IMG/VR virus record: IMGVR_UViG_3300044448_003347
DNA length: 64,000 bases
Direction: 5' to 3' (one strand)
Origin: an uncultured virus (IMG/VR IMGVR_UViG_3300044448_003347)
Taxonomy: Duplodnaviria > Heunggongvirae > Uroviricota > Caudoviricetes
Shown: piece by piece, positions 17,552 to 27,135 of the stretch
Layout: each line of letters starts with the position of its first letter
Numbering within the stretch: the stretch's first letter is position 1
Made by a program: the position numbers and the translations under genes
The notes under the pieces: generated by a model
Told to the model about the DNA's origin: nothing
Seen by the model: the letters and a program-made list of their open reading frames with translations, nothing else
Database searches by the model: none

Positions 17552-18609
17552 TTATTCCTTGACAGAATATGTGTGTGACTCTCGCCTCTTCCCGCTGATG
17601 TCTGCTGGGTGAATTGGGCTTTGGCTTGTAGCTCTTGGATTGTTCTGGCTCCCGAGTAAGACATGCCGCTTTGGATACCACCCTTAAGGTCAGCCAAGAT
17701 ATTATTGACATCTCCCTTGTATGGGATAGTCGTGGAGATTCCTTCTGGTGTTGAGGTCTTTCCTCTCCAATTTACTTGGGCTTCGCTTGAAGCCATACCA
17801 CGGTAGACTTTATATTTTTTGTTGCCGTTGTCAAATACTTGTCCGGGCGCTTGGTCAGTTCCAGCCAACATTGAGCCGAGCATAACAAAGTCAGCGCCAG
17901 CAGCTAATGCCTTGACGACATCTCCACTGGTTTTCATACCACCATCTGCAATGATAGGGACAGGGCATCCAGCAGTCACACAATCAATGATGGATTGCAA
18001 GGTGGGGACGCCATGACCGCTAACTAATCTCGTGGAACAAATTGAGCCGCCGCCAATGCCAACACGGATACTATCAGCCCCCCAAAGAGCAAGATCAAGT
18101 CCACCTTGTCCCGTTGCGACATTCCCTGCCATAATGTGAACATCTCCTCCATACTCCTCCTTCAAGTGCTTTAGGGCATCACGCATCATAGAGTGGTGAC
18201 CATGCGCTACATCAACGCACAAAACCTTAGCACCACTATTGACTAGTTCTCGTGCTCGTTCTTGGTAGTCACCAGTTACGCCGATGGCTGCGCCCACGAT
18301 TGCTTCCCCCACCTGAGTGCCTTTAGCAATCTCCACTTGCTCTTCAATAGAATTATACCTGTGGATGATACCAAGTCCTCCGTTAGTGTGCATAGCATAA
18401 GCCATCTTCAACTCAGTAACTGTATCCATCGGACTAGAGATGATTGGTAATCCGAGTTTGATGCTGCCTAGATTGTTGGTGGTTGATAAGGATTTTCTGC
18501 TTTCAACATCCGAGTAGTGCGGAACCAACAAAACATCATCAAAACTACAATAGAGTGGGCATCTAGATAAAAACTGTGCTGCCGAATAAGGTGGTGGAGA
18601 ATTAACCAT
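17548..18609 (-). CDS. guaB: IMP dehydrogenase / GMP reductase family protein, no CBS domains
   Basis: FDDVLLVP, SSPMDTVTE, DVAHGH, GIGGGSICSTR, IADGG, YRGMAS. Confidence 0.9.
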   Translation of the reverse strand: MVNSPPPYSAAQFLSRCPLYCSFDDVLLVPHYSDVESRKSLSTTNNLGSIKLGLPIISSPMDTVTELKMAYAMHTNGGLGIIHRYNSIEEQVEIAKGTQVGEAIVGAAIGVTGDYQERARELVNSGAKVLCVDVAHGHHSMMRDALKHLKEEYGGDVHIMAGNVATGQGGLDLALWGADSIRVGIGGGSICSTRLVSGHGVPTLQSIIDCVTAGCPVPIIADGGMKTSGDVVKALAAGADFVMLGSMLAGTDQAPGQVFDNGNKKYKVYRGMASSEAQVNWRGKTSTPEGISTTIPYKGDVNNILADLKGGIQSGMSYSGARTIQELQAKAQFTQQTSAGRGESHTHILSRNK

Positions 18610-18973
18610 TGTGTAACCTCTCTTTTAAAAGTCTGCTCATTTTGTCTCTTGTCTCTTGAGATACTGCATTCTTGGCGCACCCAAGAAAAGAGGCTACCTT
18701 TAGCGCTTGCTCTTTAGTTGCATAGAATGTAGCGTCAGTGTCTCCGTCTTGGTTAAGGCGAAGACCATACTCTCTTACTAGCTTTTGCTTCAAAAAAGTA
18801 AACTTCTTCTGTGTTTCTCTCTCGGCATAAATGCCAAGCTCTTCTTCACCAGTCCAATAGATCTGGTCTGTCTTCAATCCTTTTCTACTTGGGCTGATTG
18901 GGTCACCACAACCATCTTTCTTATAGCGTAGGTTGTTGTCAATGCAGAACTGCTTAAACTCCTGCTTCGTCAT
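18602..18973 (-). CDS. hypothetical protein
   Basis: ATG at 18973 with GGAGG RBS. Confidence 0.65.
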   Translation of the reverse strand: MTKQEFKQFCIDNNLRYKKDGCGDPISPSRKGLKTDQIYWTGEEELGIYAERETQKKFTFLKQKLVREYGLRLNQDGDTDATFYATKEQALKVASFLGCAKNAVSQETRDKMSRLLKERLHNG

Positions 18974-19241
18974 CGTTGCCTCCAAACATTTTATCTATGC
19001 CCTCGTCAATCTTTTCTTGACACTCAGGGCAGATTAGGGTTACTTTCTTCTTTTCTTCGCTGACGATTACACGCCAAGTCATTGCCATCTCTCTACTATT
19101 CTTGTCAAATGGTTTTGAGCATACTGAGCAAGAATCAGGGCGCAAACTAAACATACCTGCTTGGCGAACGAGTTTGTCCTCTGCTGCTTTCTTTGCATCA
19201 AGTTGCTTTTTTCTGCCTAACTTCTTGGATAGTTTGCCCAT
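18954..19241 (-). CDS. small zinc-ribbon protein
   Basis: CSVC...CPEC. Confidence 0.7.
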   Translation of the reverse strand: MGKLSKKLGRKKQLDAKKAAEDKLVRQAGMFSLRPDSCSVCSKPFDKNSREMAMTWRVIVSEEKKKVTLICPECQEKIDEGIDKMFGGNDDEAGV

Positions 19242-19711
19242 TATCGGTCACCTGTAGACCCAAAGCCGCCCTCGCCACGAGTAGAGCCATTATTGAGATT
19301 ATCTTCTGTCGCTTCCTCAATACCGCAATGGACAACTGGCACAAGGACAGCCTGAGCGATCTTGTCTCCCGGCTTAATAATCTGTGTAGACACGCCGATG
19401 TTGTGTAGGTTGACATAGATCTCGCCGTCATAGCCGGGATCAACAACACAAGCACCTACAACTAGTTGTCGCTTAGATGCAATGCCTGACTTGTTCTTAA
19501 CTTCCAGCATGTACCCCTCTGGGATTTCTGTTTTTAACCCCGTCGAGACGAGACTGCTCCCTCTTGCTGGAATCCAGTAATCGCCGTTGTCTTCCGTACA
19601 GGTGCCACGGTTGCCGTTGGGGCAGTAGAATAAGTCCATGCCTGCGTCTGTCCTGTGTGCTCGCACAGGTAGTTTAGCGTTTGTTCTTAACTTATAAAAC
19701 TTTAAGTTCAT
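19241..19711 (-). CDS. dut: trimeric dUTPase
   Basis: AGMDL, KSG, VDPGYDGE, KIAQ, RGEGGFGSTG motifs. Confidence 0.95.
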   Translation of the reverse strand: MNLKFYKLRTNAKLPVRAHRTDAGMDLFYCPNGNRGTCTEDNGDYWIPARGSSLVSTGLKTEIPEGYMLEVKNKSGIASKRQLVVGACVVDPGYDGEIYVNLHNIGVSTQIIKPGDKIAQAVLVPVVHCGIEEATEDNLNNGSTRGEGGFGSTGDR

Positions 19712-20337
19712 TATTTACTCCTATTGATTTCTTCCAAGTATTGCCTCCGCTTGTCTGGGAAGTTTAGTCTAGCATATTCACCGTGGATTTCAAGTGCTTT
19801 TTTATCTCGCGCTTCTGCTGCTTCTTCTGCTGTTGCGTAGTGACCCAGCTTGATACTGGGGGTATTTGGTATACCAGATCCGATGTAAGCCATAAACCTT
19901 TTCTTTAGTATATTCTCATGGTATGTTACTTTGCCCGTTTTCTTGCTTACATACTTTCTGCGGATAGGATAGTTTCTTTCATGCACACCCTTATAACCAG
20001 ATTTGCTATGTGATTTTAGCCTTTGGTTCTGAGAGTTTTGTGATCGAGTACAAACTCTCAAGTTTTCCTTTCTGTTATCAAGGGTATCTCCATTGATGTG
20101 GTCAACGCACATCCCCTTTGGATTTCCCATTACAAGTCTGTGAATGGAATCCCTTCGGCTGCCACTCATGGCATAGTCAGAGCAAGCGCCAGCGTTATTG
20201 TGACAATACCATTTCTTTGGTCTACCCCGCTTGTCTTTTGCTTCAACAATCCTCTCGTAGTCTTCATCATCTACAAGGGTGCATTTGTCTGACAACTCGT
20301 CTTTATTTTTCCATAGTCTAATCTTTTTCATGCCCAC
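19711..20337 (-). mobile_element. free-standing HNH-AP2 homing endonuclease gene
   Basis: HRLV...VDHINGDTLDNRKENLR HNH motif plus SGYKGV...LGHYATAEEAAEARD...LNFP AP2 domain. Confidence 0.9.
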
Positions 20338-21245
20338 AACTCCTTGTAGCGTTGGACTGCTCGTTCTTTTGCTTTGGCTTCCACCATCACATCTACATCT
20401 AGCCCATAGGTTTCAATCTTCTTGTAGATGTAATCAGAGTGAGCCTGTGGTTTAATCTTGGGATCGTTCTGCTCTTCTGGTCTGCTCTCGCTGTAGTGGA
20501 CAACTGGTGTAATGCCACCCCAAGTCAGGGCAGCAGTAATCATGGCTTCCTCTTGGTCTAGCCCACCTGTGCAGAATAAGTGGTGGTGGATATCGTGGAC
20601 AATAGGAATGCCAATCTCTTGGTATACGCTGTCGTATAGTTCCTTGGTAGAGTATAGAGAAGCCTTGTCATCGTTCTCTACTGTAAGCCGAGACTTGACT
20701 GCATCTGATAGTCTGTGGAAGTTCTTGTTGAAGTTAGCAATAGCCATGGGCTTGTCATTGTAGTGAGCACCAACATGAATGTTTAGTTTATTGTATGGTG
20801 TGCGAGACAAGCCAAGCATGTCAAACACCTCGCCGTGTGTCTCCAAGTCACGGATAGTGTTTTGGATTACTTCTTCCCTTGGCGAGGTCAATTTGTTGAA
20901 TGGTCCGGGGTGGGATGTGATACGGTGACCGTGGTCCTCGACATAATCGCCAGCCTCCTGTAGAGCCAAACAGATGTCGTCAAAGTCTGGTAGGTCAGAT
21001 ATCTTATACTCGGAAGCCCACGGGAACAGGTCAGACGATAAACGAAAGAACCTGAACCCGTGTGCCTCGTTCCACTTCAAGATAGTGAGAAGGTCACGGC
21101 AGTTTGCCAACGCCAGTTCAGAAGCGTATGCAACGCCCTTCTCTTGGAAGGTGCGTTTAATCATAGATCTATTAGTAGTCACGCGCTTAGACTTTGGCTG
21201 TTCAGACAACTCCATATTGATACATGCATAACCAATATTATTCAC
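20328..21245 (-). CDS. uvsE: UV-damage endonuclease
   Basis: IGYACIN, FRLSSDLFP, HPG, LTVENDD, DIHHH, HYSES, AHSDYI, EAKAKE. Confidence 0.93.
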   Translation of the reverse strand: MNNIGYACINMELSEQPKSKRVTTNRSMIKRTFQEKGVAYASELALANCRDLLTILKWNEAHGFRFFRLSSDLFPWASEYKISDLPDFDDICLALQEAGDYVEDHGHRITSHPGPFNKLTSPREEVIQNTIRDLETHGEVFDMLGLSRTPYNKLNIHVGAHYNDKPMAIANFNKNFHRLSDAVKSRLTVENDDKASLYSTKELYDSVYQEIGIPIVHDIHHHLFCTGGLDQEEAMITAALTWGGITPVVHYSESRPEEQNDPKIKPQAHSDYIYKKIETYGLDVDVMVEAKAKERAVQRYKELWA

Positions 21246-21274
21246 ACTATCTCCTTTGCAAAGGTTATGGATAG

Positions 21275-21303
21275 ATTATATAATGGTTAAACACACATGT
21301 CAA
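21275..21303 (-). promoter_or_regulatory. consensus sigma70 promoter of uvsE
   Basis: Exact TTGACA-17bp-TATAAT. Confidence 0.85.
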
Positions 21304-21925
21304 GTGTTTTTTCAATATCATCGTTATTTATTAATGTGTAGGTAAAACTGTTAGCATACATCTCAGCAGCAACATGGCAGATCTCCATAAACTCGTAGAA
21401 GTCTTTGCTACTTCTAAACACTTGGCAACCTGCTGATACGCCGCCTGTGTATTCTCTATCGTCTGATCCCCATTGTCGGTGGATGTTGATACCATACATA
21501 CCCTCATGGACTTTGCCTTCATAGTCCGGTGTCCTATCTCGGTTGTCGTCTCGCCATATCTTGACCTTGCCTAAACGCTGACAGAGTGCTGTATACCTGC
21601 GCTTGCCTCCGTGGGTGCCGATCTTGTAGACGCCACGATATTGACCGGGGATTAGAATGGCTGTCCCGCCTTTAACAATAGGCTTCTTCAGAATGCTGGT
21701 GCCGGGTTCTGTTGTGGCTGCGTATGTGTCCACCACCCACTTATTATTAATCTTATATGTCAAGCAGATCCAGTCGTCAAACATGTCTGCTTTACCTGAC
21801 TGATTACGGATGCCTATGATGTTCAGATTGTAGTCACCCTTTTCAAAGAAAGCATAGCCTTTGTCTTGGTATACTTGTCTCAATCTATGTATAAACTCCA
21901 GTGCTTCGTCTTCGTGCTTTCTCAT
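21287..21925 (-). CDS. putative cell-wall enzyme, YkuD/L,D-transpeptidase-like
   Basis: GINIH-x13-SAGCQV His/Cys motif; ATTEPG motif. Confidence 0.6.
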   Translation of the reverse strand: MRKHEDEALEFIHRLRQVYQDKGYAFFEKGDYNLNIIGIRNQSGKADMFDDWICLTYKINNKWVVDTYAATTEPGTSILKKPIVKGGTAILIPGQYRGVYKIGTHGGKRRYTALCQRLGKVKIWRDDNRDRTPDYEGKVHEGMYGINIHRQWGSDDREYTGGVSAGCQVFRSSKDFYEFMEICHVAAEMYANSFTYTLINNDDIEKTLDMCV

Positions 21926-22836
21926 TTGCCTCGCTCCCTTGGGTATGGTAAGTTGACTTTCTTCGGGTTCAACTTTTTAAATAGTCTCTTATAATACTTA
22001 GTCTCGCCCGAAGAAGGACCCAAGATGCAGACATATTTATGCTTTGCTGGCACAGGTCTAGACTTGCAACTGTCTCTGTACCTCTTCTCTTCTGCTTTGA
22101 TTTTAATTTTAATGTCTGGTGGAACAAGGGTCCAGTCTGGGGAATACTTCTTCATCCAGCCTCGCCAAGTTTCTTTGTCTATGCCGATGGCTTCTGCATA
22201 GCGGTAGTATTTAGATTTCTTTCTAAACTCTCGCCCACTAAACCAGCCCTTCTCCGGGTGGTCTGTGTCTAGGTATTGTTTGTCTGTGCCACTTGTTTGC
22301 CCGAGGTATTGGAAGTTGCAGGCTTGGTAGATTGTCCCTAGCTCCTTAGCCTCTGGGTCAGAGTAAGCTGTGAAGTATCGGAAGTCTGTGTTGTCAGCCA
22401 TCCAACGGACTGAAGACATAATCAACCAAGAGCCAAGGTTCTTTGGACCCCAAGAGATACAAGCACCACGAGAGATTAGTTTCTCTTTGTCTTTGTTTTC
22501 TTTGCCCAAAAGGTTAGAAAACGCATTTGGGGTTGCCATAATGATAGTGCCTGCCAAGATTCCATTTTTCTTAAGCCTCGCTGTAAACCTATGTGTCGGT
22601 CGGTTGGGGAGTTTAGCTAGCCACTCGTGTCGCATAATAAACTCTTTTACCTCTTTACATAGTTGCTTGTCTTCCTTATCAACATACTCAAACACAAAGT
22701 CACTTGTTCGTAACATTGATGCTTCTTCTTCTGTTAGGTTAGCAGCCAGCAAGTCCCCATTCCGATTGACTTCGGAGATGTAGGCTTGCCAACACTTGTC
22801 GCCTTGGTAGTCTTTAAATCTATCTTGTGGGTTCAC
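21922..22836 (-). CDS. Mom-like DNA adenine modification enzyme (GNAT fold)
   Basis: FIMRHEW...ISRG...PKNLGSWLI...AYSDP...GTIYQACNFQYLG. Confidence 0.7.
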   Translation of the reverse strand: MNPQDRFKDYQGDKCWQAYISEVNRNGDLLAANLTEEEASMLRTSDFVFEYVDKEDKQLCKEVKEFIMRHEWLAKLPNRPTHRFTARLKKNGILAGTIIMATPNAFSNLLGKENKDKEKLISRGACISWGPKNLGSWLIMSSVRWMADNTDFRYFTAYSDPEAKELGTIYQACNFQYLGQTSGTDKQYLDTDHPEKGWFSGREFRKKSKYYRYAEAIGIDKETWRGWMKKYSPDWTLVPPDIKIKIKAEEKRYRDSCKSRPVPAKHKYVCILGPSSGETKYYKRLFKKLNPKKVNLPYPRERGK

Positions 22837-25800
22837 TACAGCACACGGAAGTTATGATACATAGAGCGAGTGGAAAAGCCCCACTGATCGTTGTAATCTA
22901 GTTTAGCCATGTAGGGTCGATTGACTTGCACATGGTCTTTCTCTGGCTTGACACCCCAACATCTAATCGTTGTGATTACGTTGTTGTCGTCGATGACCTC
23001 CAAGACATAGTACGATTTATCGTTCTTGGTTTTCTTAATTGTGACCTTGCGAGGAATAAACCATACCAATCCCAACTCCTTATCATACTCAGAGATAGCT
23101 GGTACGCCATGCTCACTTAGTTGCGCTAGTGTATCTTCCTTAACAACTAGGTTGATTGGGAACATCCCTGTCAAGTCTGTCAAATACTGGATCCTCTCCT
23201 CTGTTGAGAAGTCGCCCTCTTCTGCATAGGTCTTTATGTTATCTAGTAGGTGTTGTTTCTTCCTTGGTCTGTCAACTGCAACAGAAGACCAGAAATGTTT
23301 TGCTCCTGTAAACCTGTTATCCTGTAAAGACTTGAGTGCTCCTGACCTACAGAGAACATCAAGGGCTTTCTTGTTGAGTTTAGAATACACAACTTCCTCG
23401 TGGAATAAGAAATCTTCAATCGTGTTGAAGGGTCGGTGCATTAGGATTTGATCCATCGCAGAACCACCAAGCCCTTTGATAGAAGTCAGGGGCTGGATGA
23501 GTGTCTTGCCATCGTCGCTAATTTCCCACACTTTACCAGAGGTATTGACATTCAAAGGCTCAATCTTAAAGTTCATACTCTTGGCAATGCCAATGGCTTT
23601 TTCTTTTCTACTATCGGGCTCTTTGTCAAGGAACGCTGCCATCCATTCTGCCCGGTAGTAGTTAAGCAGCCAAGCGCATTGGAACGATAGAATGGAATAG
23701 GACACAGCGTGTGACTTGTTGAAGCCGTAGCCAGAGAAGTACTCGAAGTTGTTCCACAGTTCTGCCGCTTGGTCCTCTGTCATCTTCTTGTTGACACAGC
23801 CCTTCACAAACTTCTTGCGGATCTTCTCTTTCTCTTGCGCTCCCTTGCCAGTTCCCTTCTTTGTCAGCAACTTACGGAGCAGGTTGCCCTCGTCTAGGCT
23901 AATGCCTTCCCCAAGTTCGTGTGCCAAAGAGGCGATCTGCTCTTGGAAGATAAGGAAGCCATAGGTCTCCTTGGTTACATCTTTAACCTGCTTGTTGATA
24001 TAGTTGATGTCTCGGGGGTTTTCCTTTGACTTCACATACTTCCTGTCTACATTGGCACCGAGAGGACCCGGACGGTAGATACTAGTAATAGCTGAGATGT
24101 CAATAATATTCTTAGGCTTTGCCTTCTTACAGAAGTTCTGTGCCCCACTCTCTGTGAACTGGAAGATGCCAGCCCACTTGCCTTTGTGAAAGATGTTTTT
24201 ATAAACCTTAGAATCTTTCAGGTCAATCTTATCTGGGTGGAGGTATTCATCATAGTAGTCTCGCACATCCTTAAAGGTTGGCTCTGGGTTATTATGGTGG
24301 CGCTTGAGGATGTGGCGGATAGCTGTCTCAATCATACGCAACGAGGCTAGCCCCAGCACATCAAACTTAATAAAGCCTAGTGGTTCTAGGTGGCGAACGT
24401 TCTGCCCTTCGGACCATGGTGTCTGAATTACGCCTCCACTTCTAATCAGGGGCATGTGTTTGTCTAGGTCTTCGCCAACCACCACTCCACCAGCATGACG
24501 GCTTGTGCTCCGCACTTGACCGTAGATGACTTTAATGTGGTCCTTGATGTGTGGGTACTTCTGCAAGTAGTTTTGTAGGCTGTCAGAGAACTCCATTAAC
24601 TCTTCAAAGGTGGGTATGTATACACCAGATTTGATACCATGCTTGGCTTTAGCCTTGGGTGTAGCCTCACTTACCATACGAGATGTAACCGAATTCGCCT
24701 CCGCAAACGGGATGTCGTACAGCTTGGAGATGTCCTTGACCAGAGACTTCAGTTGCAGGGTATTAAAGTTGGAGATAGGCACAACAGTTGTGTGCCCCCA
24801 CTTGTCCTGCATAATCTCTTTGAGTTCCATAGGGCTGGATACATCATAATCAATATCAGGGTAGTCGGTCGCGTCCTTGCGAAGAAAGCGAGCAAACTGC
24901 AATCCGTATTTGATTGGGTCTACCTGTGTAATTCCCAACGTATATGCCACAAGGGAGCCAGCAGCAGAGCCACGACCGGGACCAGCTAATTGATTCTCTG
25001 TTGCTGTGTCAGCGATGGCTTTCATTGTAAGGAAGTATTTGCTAAACCCTCGATCAGAAATAACAGAGAGTTCTTCTTCTAGCCTCTCACGGTACACAGA
25101 GTTGTCTAACAGCCCAAGTTTATTGAGGCTTTCTAGGCTAATTGTCTCTAGTGCAGCATCAGCCGTGTGTCCATCAGGGACAACAAAGGAAGGCAGCCTT
25201 ACCTCGTTATCCGGCATAAAATCTTCAATGCGTTTAAATGCTATGTTGTGCGTCTCTGTGATAGAATCCATAACCAAGTCATCGTCATACTCTACTCCGT
25301 TGAGTTCTGTGTAGTGTTTGTAGCTTTCCCACATCTGGTCGCCGTTCTTTGGATAAAGTTCATAGCCAACTTCCGCTACGCTCTCTGGTAGTTCATCCGA
25401 TAACCAAGATGGCTTGCCTTTGCCTAGAAACCCTAGCCTCTTGTAGAGTTCTCTATCCTTCCAAGTCTCTGGGTTTGGGTAGTGGCTGTCTGCTGTGGAG
25501 ATTAGTTTGATTCCAAACTCCTTGTGCATCTGGATGACTAACTTATTAATCATATGCTGCTTCTTGTCAGTGTGCCATTGGAGTTCGCCGTACCAGCGGT
25601 CACCAAAGATGTCAACCATTCTCTTGGTTGTATCCCTAAACGCATCCTCGCATTCCCCTCGGTCGGTGATACATTCATTCTCGTTGTCCCAGAACTTCCA
25701 GAAGTTGGCTGCGTATACACCGCCCATGCAAGCAGAGGCAGCGATGACGCCTTCGCTATGTTCCTTCAGCACCTCGTAATCTACTCGTGGATACCGAAAG

Positions 25801-26270
25801 AAGTATTCGTCTGAGTTCGACTTTGAGATCATAGCAAAGATATTATTTAGCCCTGTCTGATTCTGGGCTAGAAGGATAAGGTGCGAGCGTTGGTTTAGAA
25901 TGCTCTTGGACCTTTTAGTCTCGGCTTCATTCTCAACGGACATGGTTGTGCTGTCTTTGAGTTCGCTGGCTCTTTTCTTATCTTCCTTAGCCTTGTCTCG
26001 CTCTTGGTTCCAAGCCTCAAGGCTGGGGATGAAGTAAGCTTCCACACCAAAGATAGGCTTGAAGTCCTTACCCTCTGCTTTCATCTTCTTAGCATGTAGG
26101 ACTTGGTATGCCATACCATTCATGTTGCCGTGGTCTGTCAAGGCTAGAGCCTCGCAGCCATTCTCATAGGCATAGTCCATGTGGTCTTGTGGGTAGCCGA
26201 GCGCATCAAAAGGCGAACCTGCTACTGAGTGGGCGTGTAATCCTACGAATGGTATACTACTCTTCTTCAA
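22836..26270 (-). CDS. dnaE: DNA polymerase III alpha subunit (family C)
   Basis: PHP domain (LHAHS, LTDHG, ADSHY), GRGSAAGS, PDIDYD, HAGG, KFDVLGL, YGFNKSH. Confidence 0.96.
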   Translation of the reverse strand: MKKSSIPFVGLHAHSVAGSPFDALGYPQDHMDYAYENGCEALALTDHGNMNGMAYQVLHAKKMKAEGKDFKPIFGVEAYFIPSLEAWNQERDKAKEDKKRASELKDSTTMSVENEAETKRSKSILNQRSHLILLAQNQTGLNNIFAMISKSNSDEYFFRYPRVDYEVLKEHSEGVIAASACMGGVYAANFWKFWDNENECITDRGECEDAFRDTTKRMVDIFGDRWYGELQWHTDKKQHMINKLVIQMHKEFGIKLISTADSHYPNPETWKDRELYKRLGFLGKGKPSWLSDELPESVAEVGYELYPKNGDQMWESYKHYTELNGVEYDDDLVMDSITETHNIAFKRIEDFMPDNEVRLPSFVVPDGHTADAALETISLESLNKLGLLDNSVYRERLEEELSVISDRGFSKYFLTMKAIADTATENQLAGPGRGSAAGSLVAYTLGITQVDPIKYGLQFARFLRKDATDYPDIDYDVSSPMELKEIMQDKWGHTTVVPISNFNTLQLKSLVKDISKLYDIPFAEANSVTSRMVSEATPKAKAKHGIKSGVYIPTFEELMEFSDSLQNYLQKYPHIKDHIKVIYGQVRSTSRHAGGVVVGEDLDKHMPLIRSGGVIQTPWSEGQNVRHLEPLGFIKFDVLGLASLRMIETAIRHILKRHHNNPEPTFKDVRDYYDEYLHPDKIDLKDSKVYKNIFHKGKWAGIFQFTESGAQNFCKKAKPKNIIDISAITSIYRPGPLGANVDRKYVKSKENPRDINYINKQVKDVTKETYGFLIFQEQIASLAHELGEGISLDEGNLLRKLLTKKGTGKGAQEKEKIRKKFVKGCVNKKMTEDQAAELWNNFEYFSGYGFNKSHAVSYSILSFQCAWLLNYYRAEWMAAFLDKEPDSRKEKAIGIAKSMNFKIEPLNVNTSGKVWEISDDGKTLIQPLTSIKGLGGSAMDQILMHRPFNTIEDFLFHEEVVYSKLNKKALDVLCRSGALKSLQDNRFTGAKHFWSSVAVDRPRKKQHLLDNIKTYAEEGDFSTEERIQYLTDLTGMFPINLVVKEDTLAQLSEHGVPAISEYDKELGLVWFIPRKVTIKKTKNDKSYYVLEVIDDNNVITTIRCWGVKPEKDHVQVNRPYMAKLDYNDQWGFSTRSMYHNFRVL

Positions 26271-27135
26271 TATCCTCTCCTATCCTATTAAAAGTCTTCC
26301 CTGTCAATAAAGTATTGTGCCTGTATATTCTATGGTCTGAGCCTAAGTAATCTCTTAGCCCTTCCCAACTATCAATATTATAGTAGTCGTAAACACAGGC
26401 GACATTTGCTCCACTAGTATCTCCTATTCCAAACACTTTGTCAAGAGAAAAAAATCTGGCGGAGTATCTTTCTTCTAGTGGCAGCTTGTCTGTTGGGAAT
26501 TCTCCCGGCTCGGCTGGTTCGTAGCCGCCTGTAGATGTAGTGCGTAGGTGTCGCCTGTATTCTTTGAACTCCTCTGGTGTGAAGCAGAAGCCAAGATAGT
26601 GTCCGTCCTTGACTGTCTCGCCGTTGAAACTGACAAAGAAACCTTCTTCGTTTAAGATTGTTTTTCTATGCTCTCGTAGAAACTTTACATCATAAACGCC
26701 GTAGGGGAAGGCAGTATAGAACTTGTCTGGTATGGTCCACTTGCTTATGTTCTTGCTGATGTAGTGGGCTGTGTTTGCTCCATACAACACGCTCCACGCT
26801 AGGCAGTCTCTCCTGTCTCTGTCCTTGGGATGGATTGGCACATAGTAGATTGGTATTTGTCTTTTGTTGTCGCCAATGTTTCCTGAGTCATACTTGCGGT
26901 TGATGTATACTGGGTCTTCCACATACTCGCCTAGCCTGTGCCTGATTAGTGGCTGCATGTCGTCATGACACACAACCCAGATAGTATCGCAACCAGCCCA
27001 AGCACACTCTAGGACTGCTCGTTCTACTGCTAAGTAGTCTGGTCCGATTGGCTGTAGGCAGTCGTGCCAAGGGAAATTAAAATCAAGGGGTTGTCCTGCT
27101 GTGGGTACAACGCCAGCTAAATGTCTTACACGCAT
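26257..27135 (-). CDS. divergent sugar-phosphate nucleotidyltransferase-like protein
   Basis: GVVPTAG...LQPIG...AGCDTIWVV and C-terminal YNIDSWEGL. Confidence 0.6.
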   Translation of the reverse strand: MRVRHLAGVVPTAGQPLDFNFPWHDCLQPIGPDYLAVERAVLECAWAGCDTIWVVCHDDMQPLIRHRLGEYVEDPVYINRKYDSGNIGDNKRQIPIYYVPIHPKDRDRRDCLAWSVLYGANTAHYISKNISKWTIPDKFYTAFPYGVYDVKFLREHRKTILNEEGFFVSFNGETVKDGHYLGFCFTPEEFKEYRRHLRTTSTGGYEPAEPGEFPTDKLPLEERYSARFFSLDKVFGIGDTSGANVACVYDYYNIDSWEGLRDYLGSDHRIYRHNTLLTGKTFNRIGEDIEEE

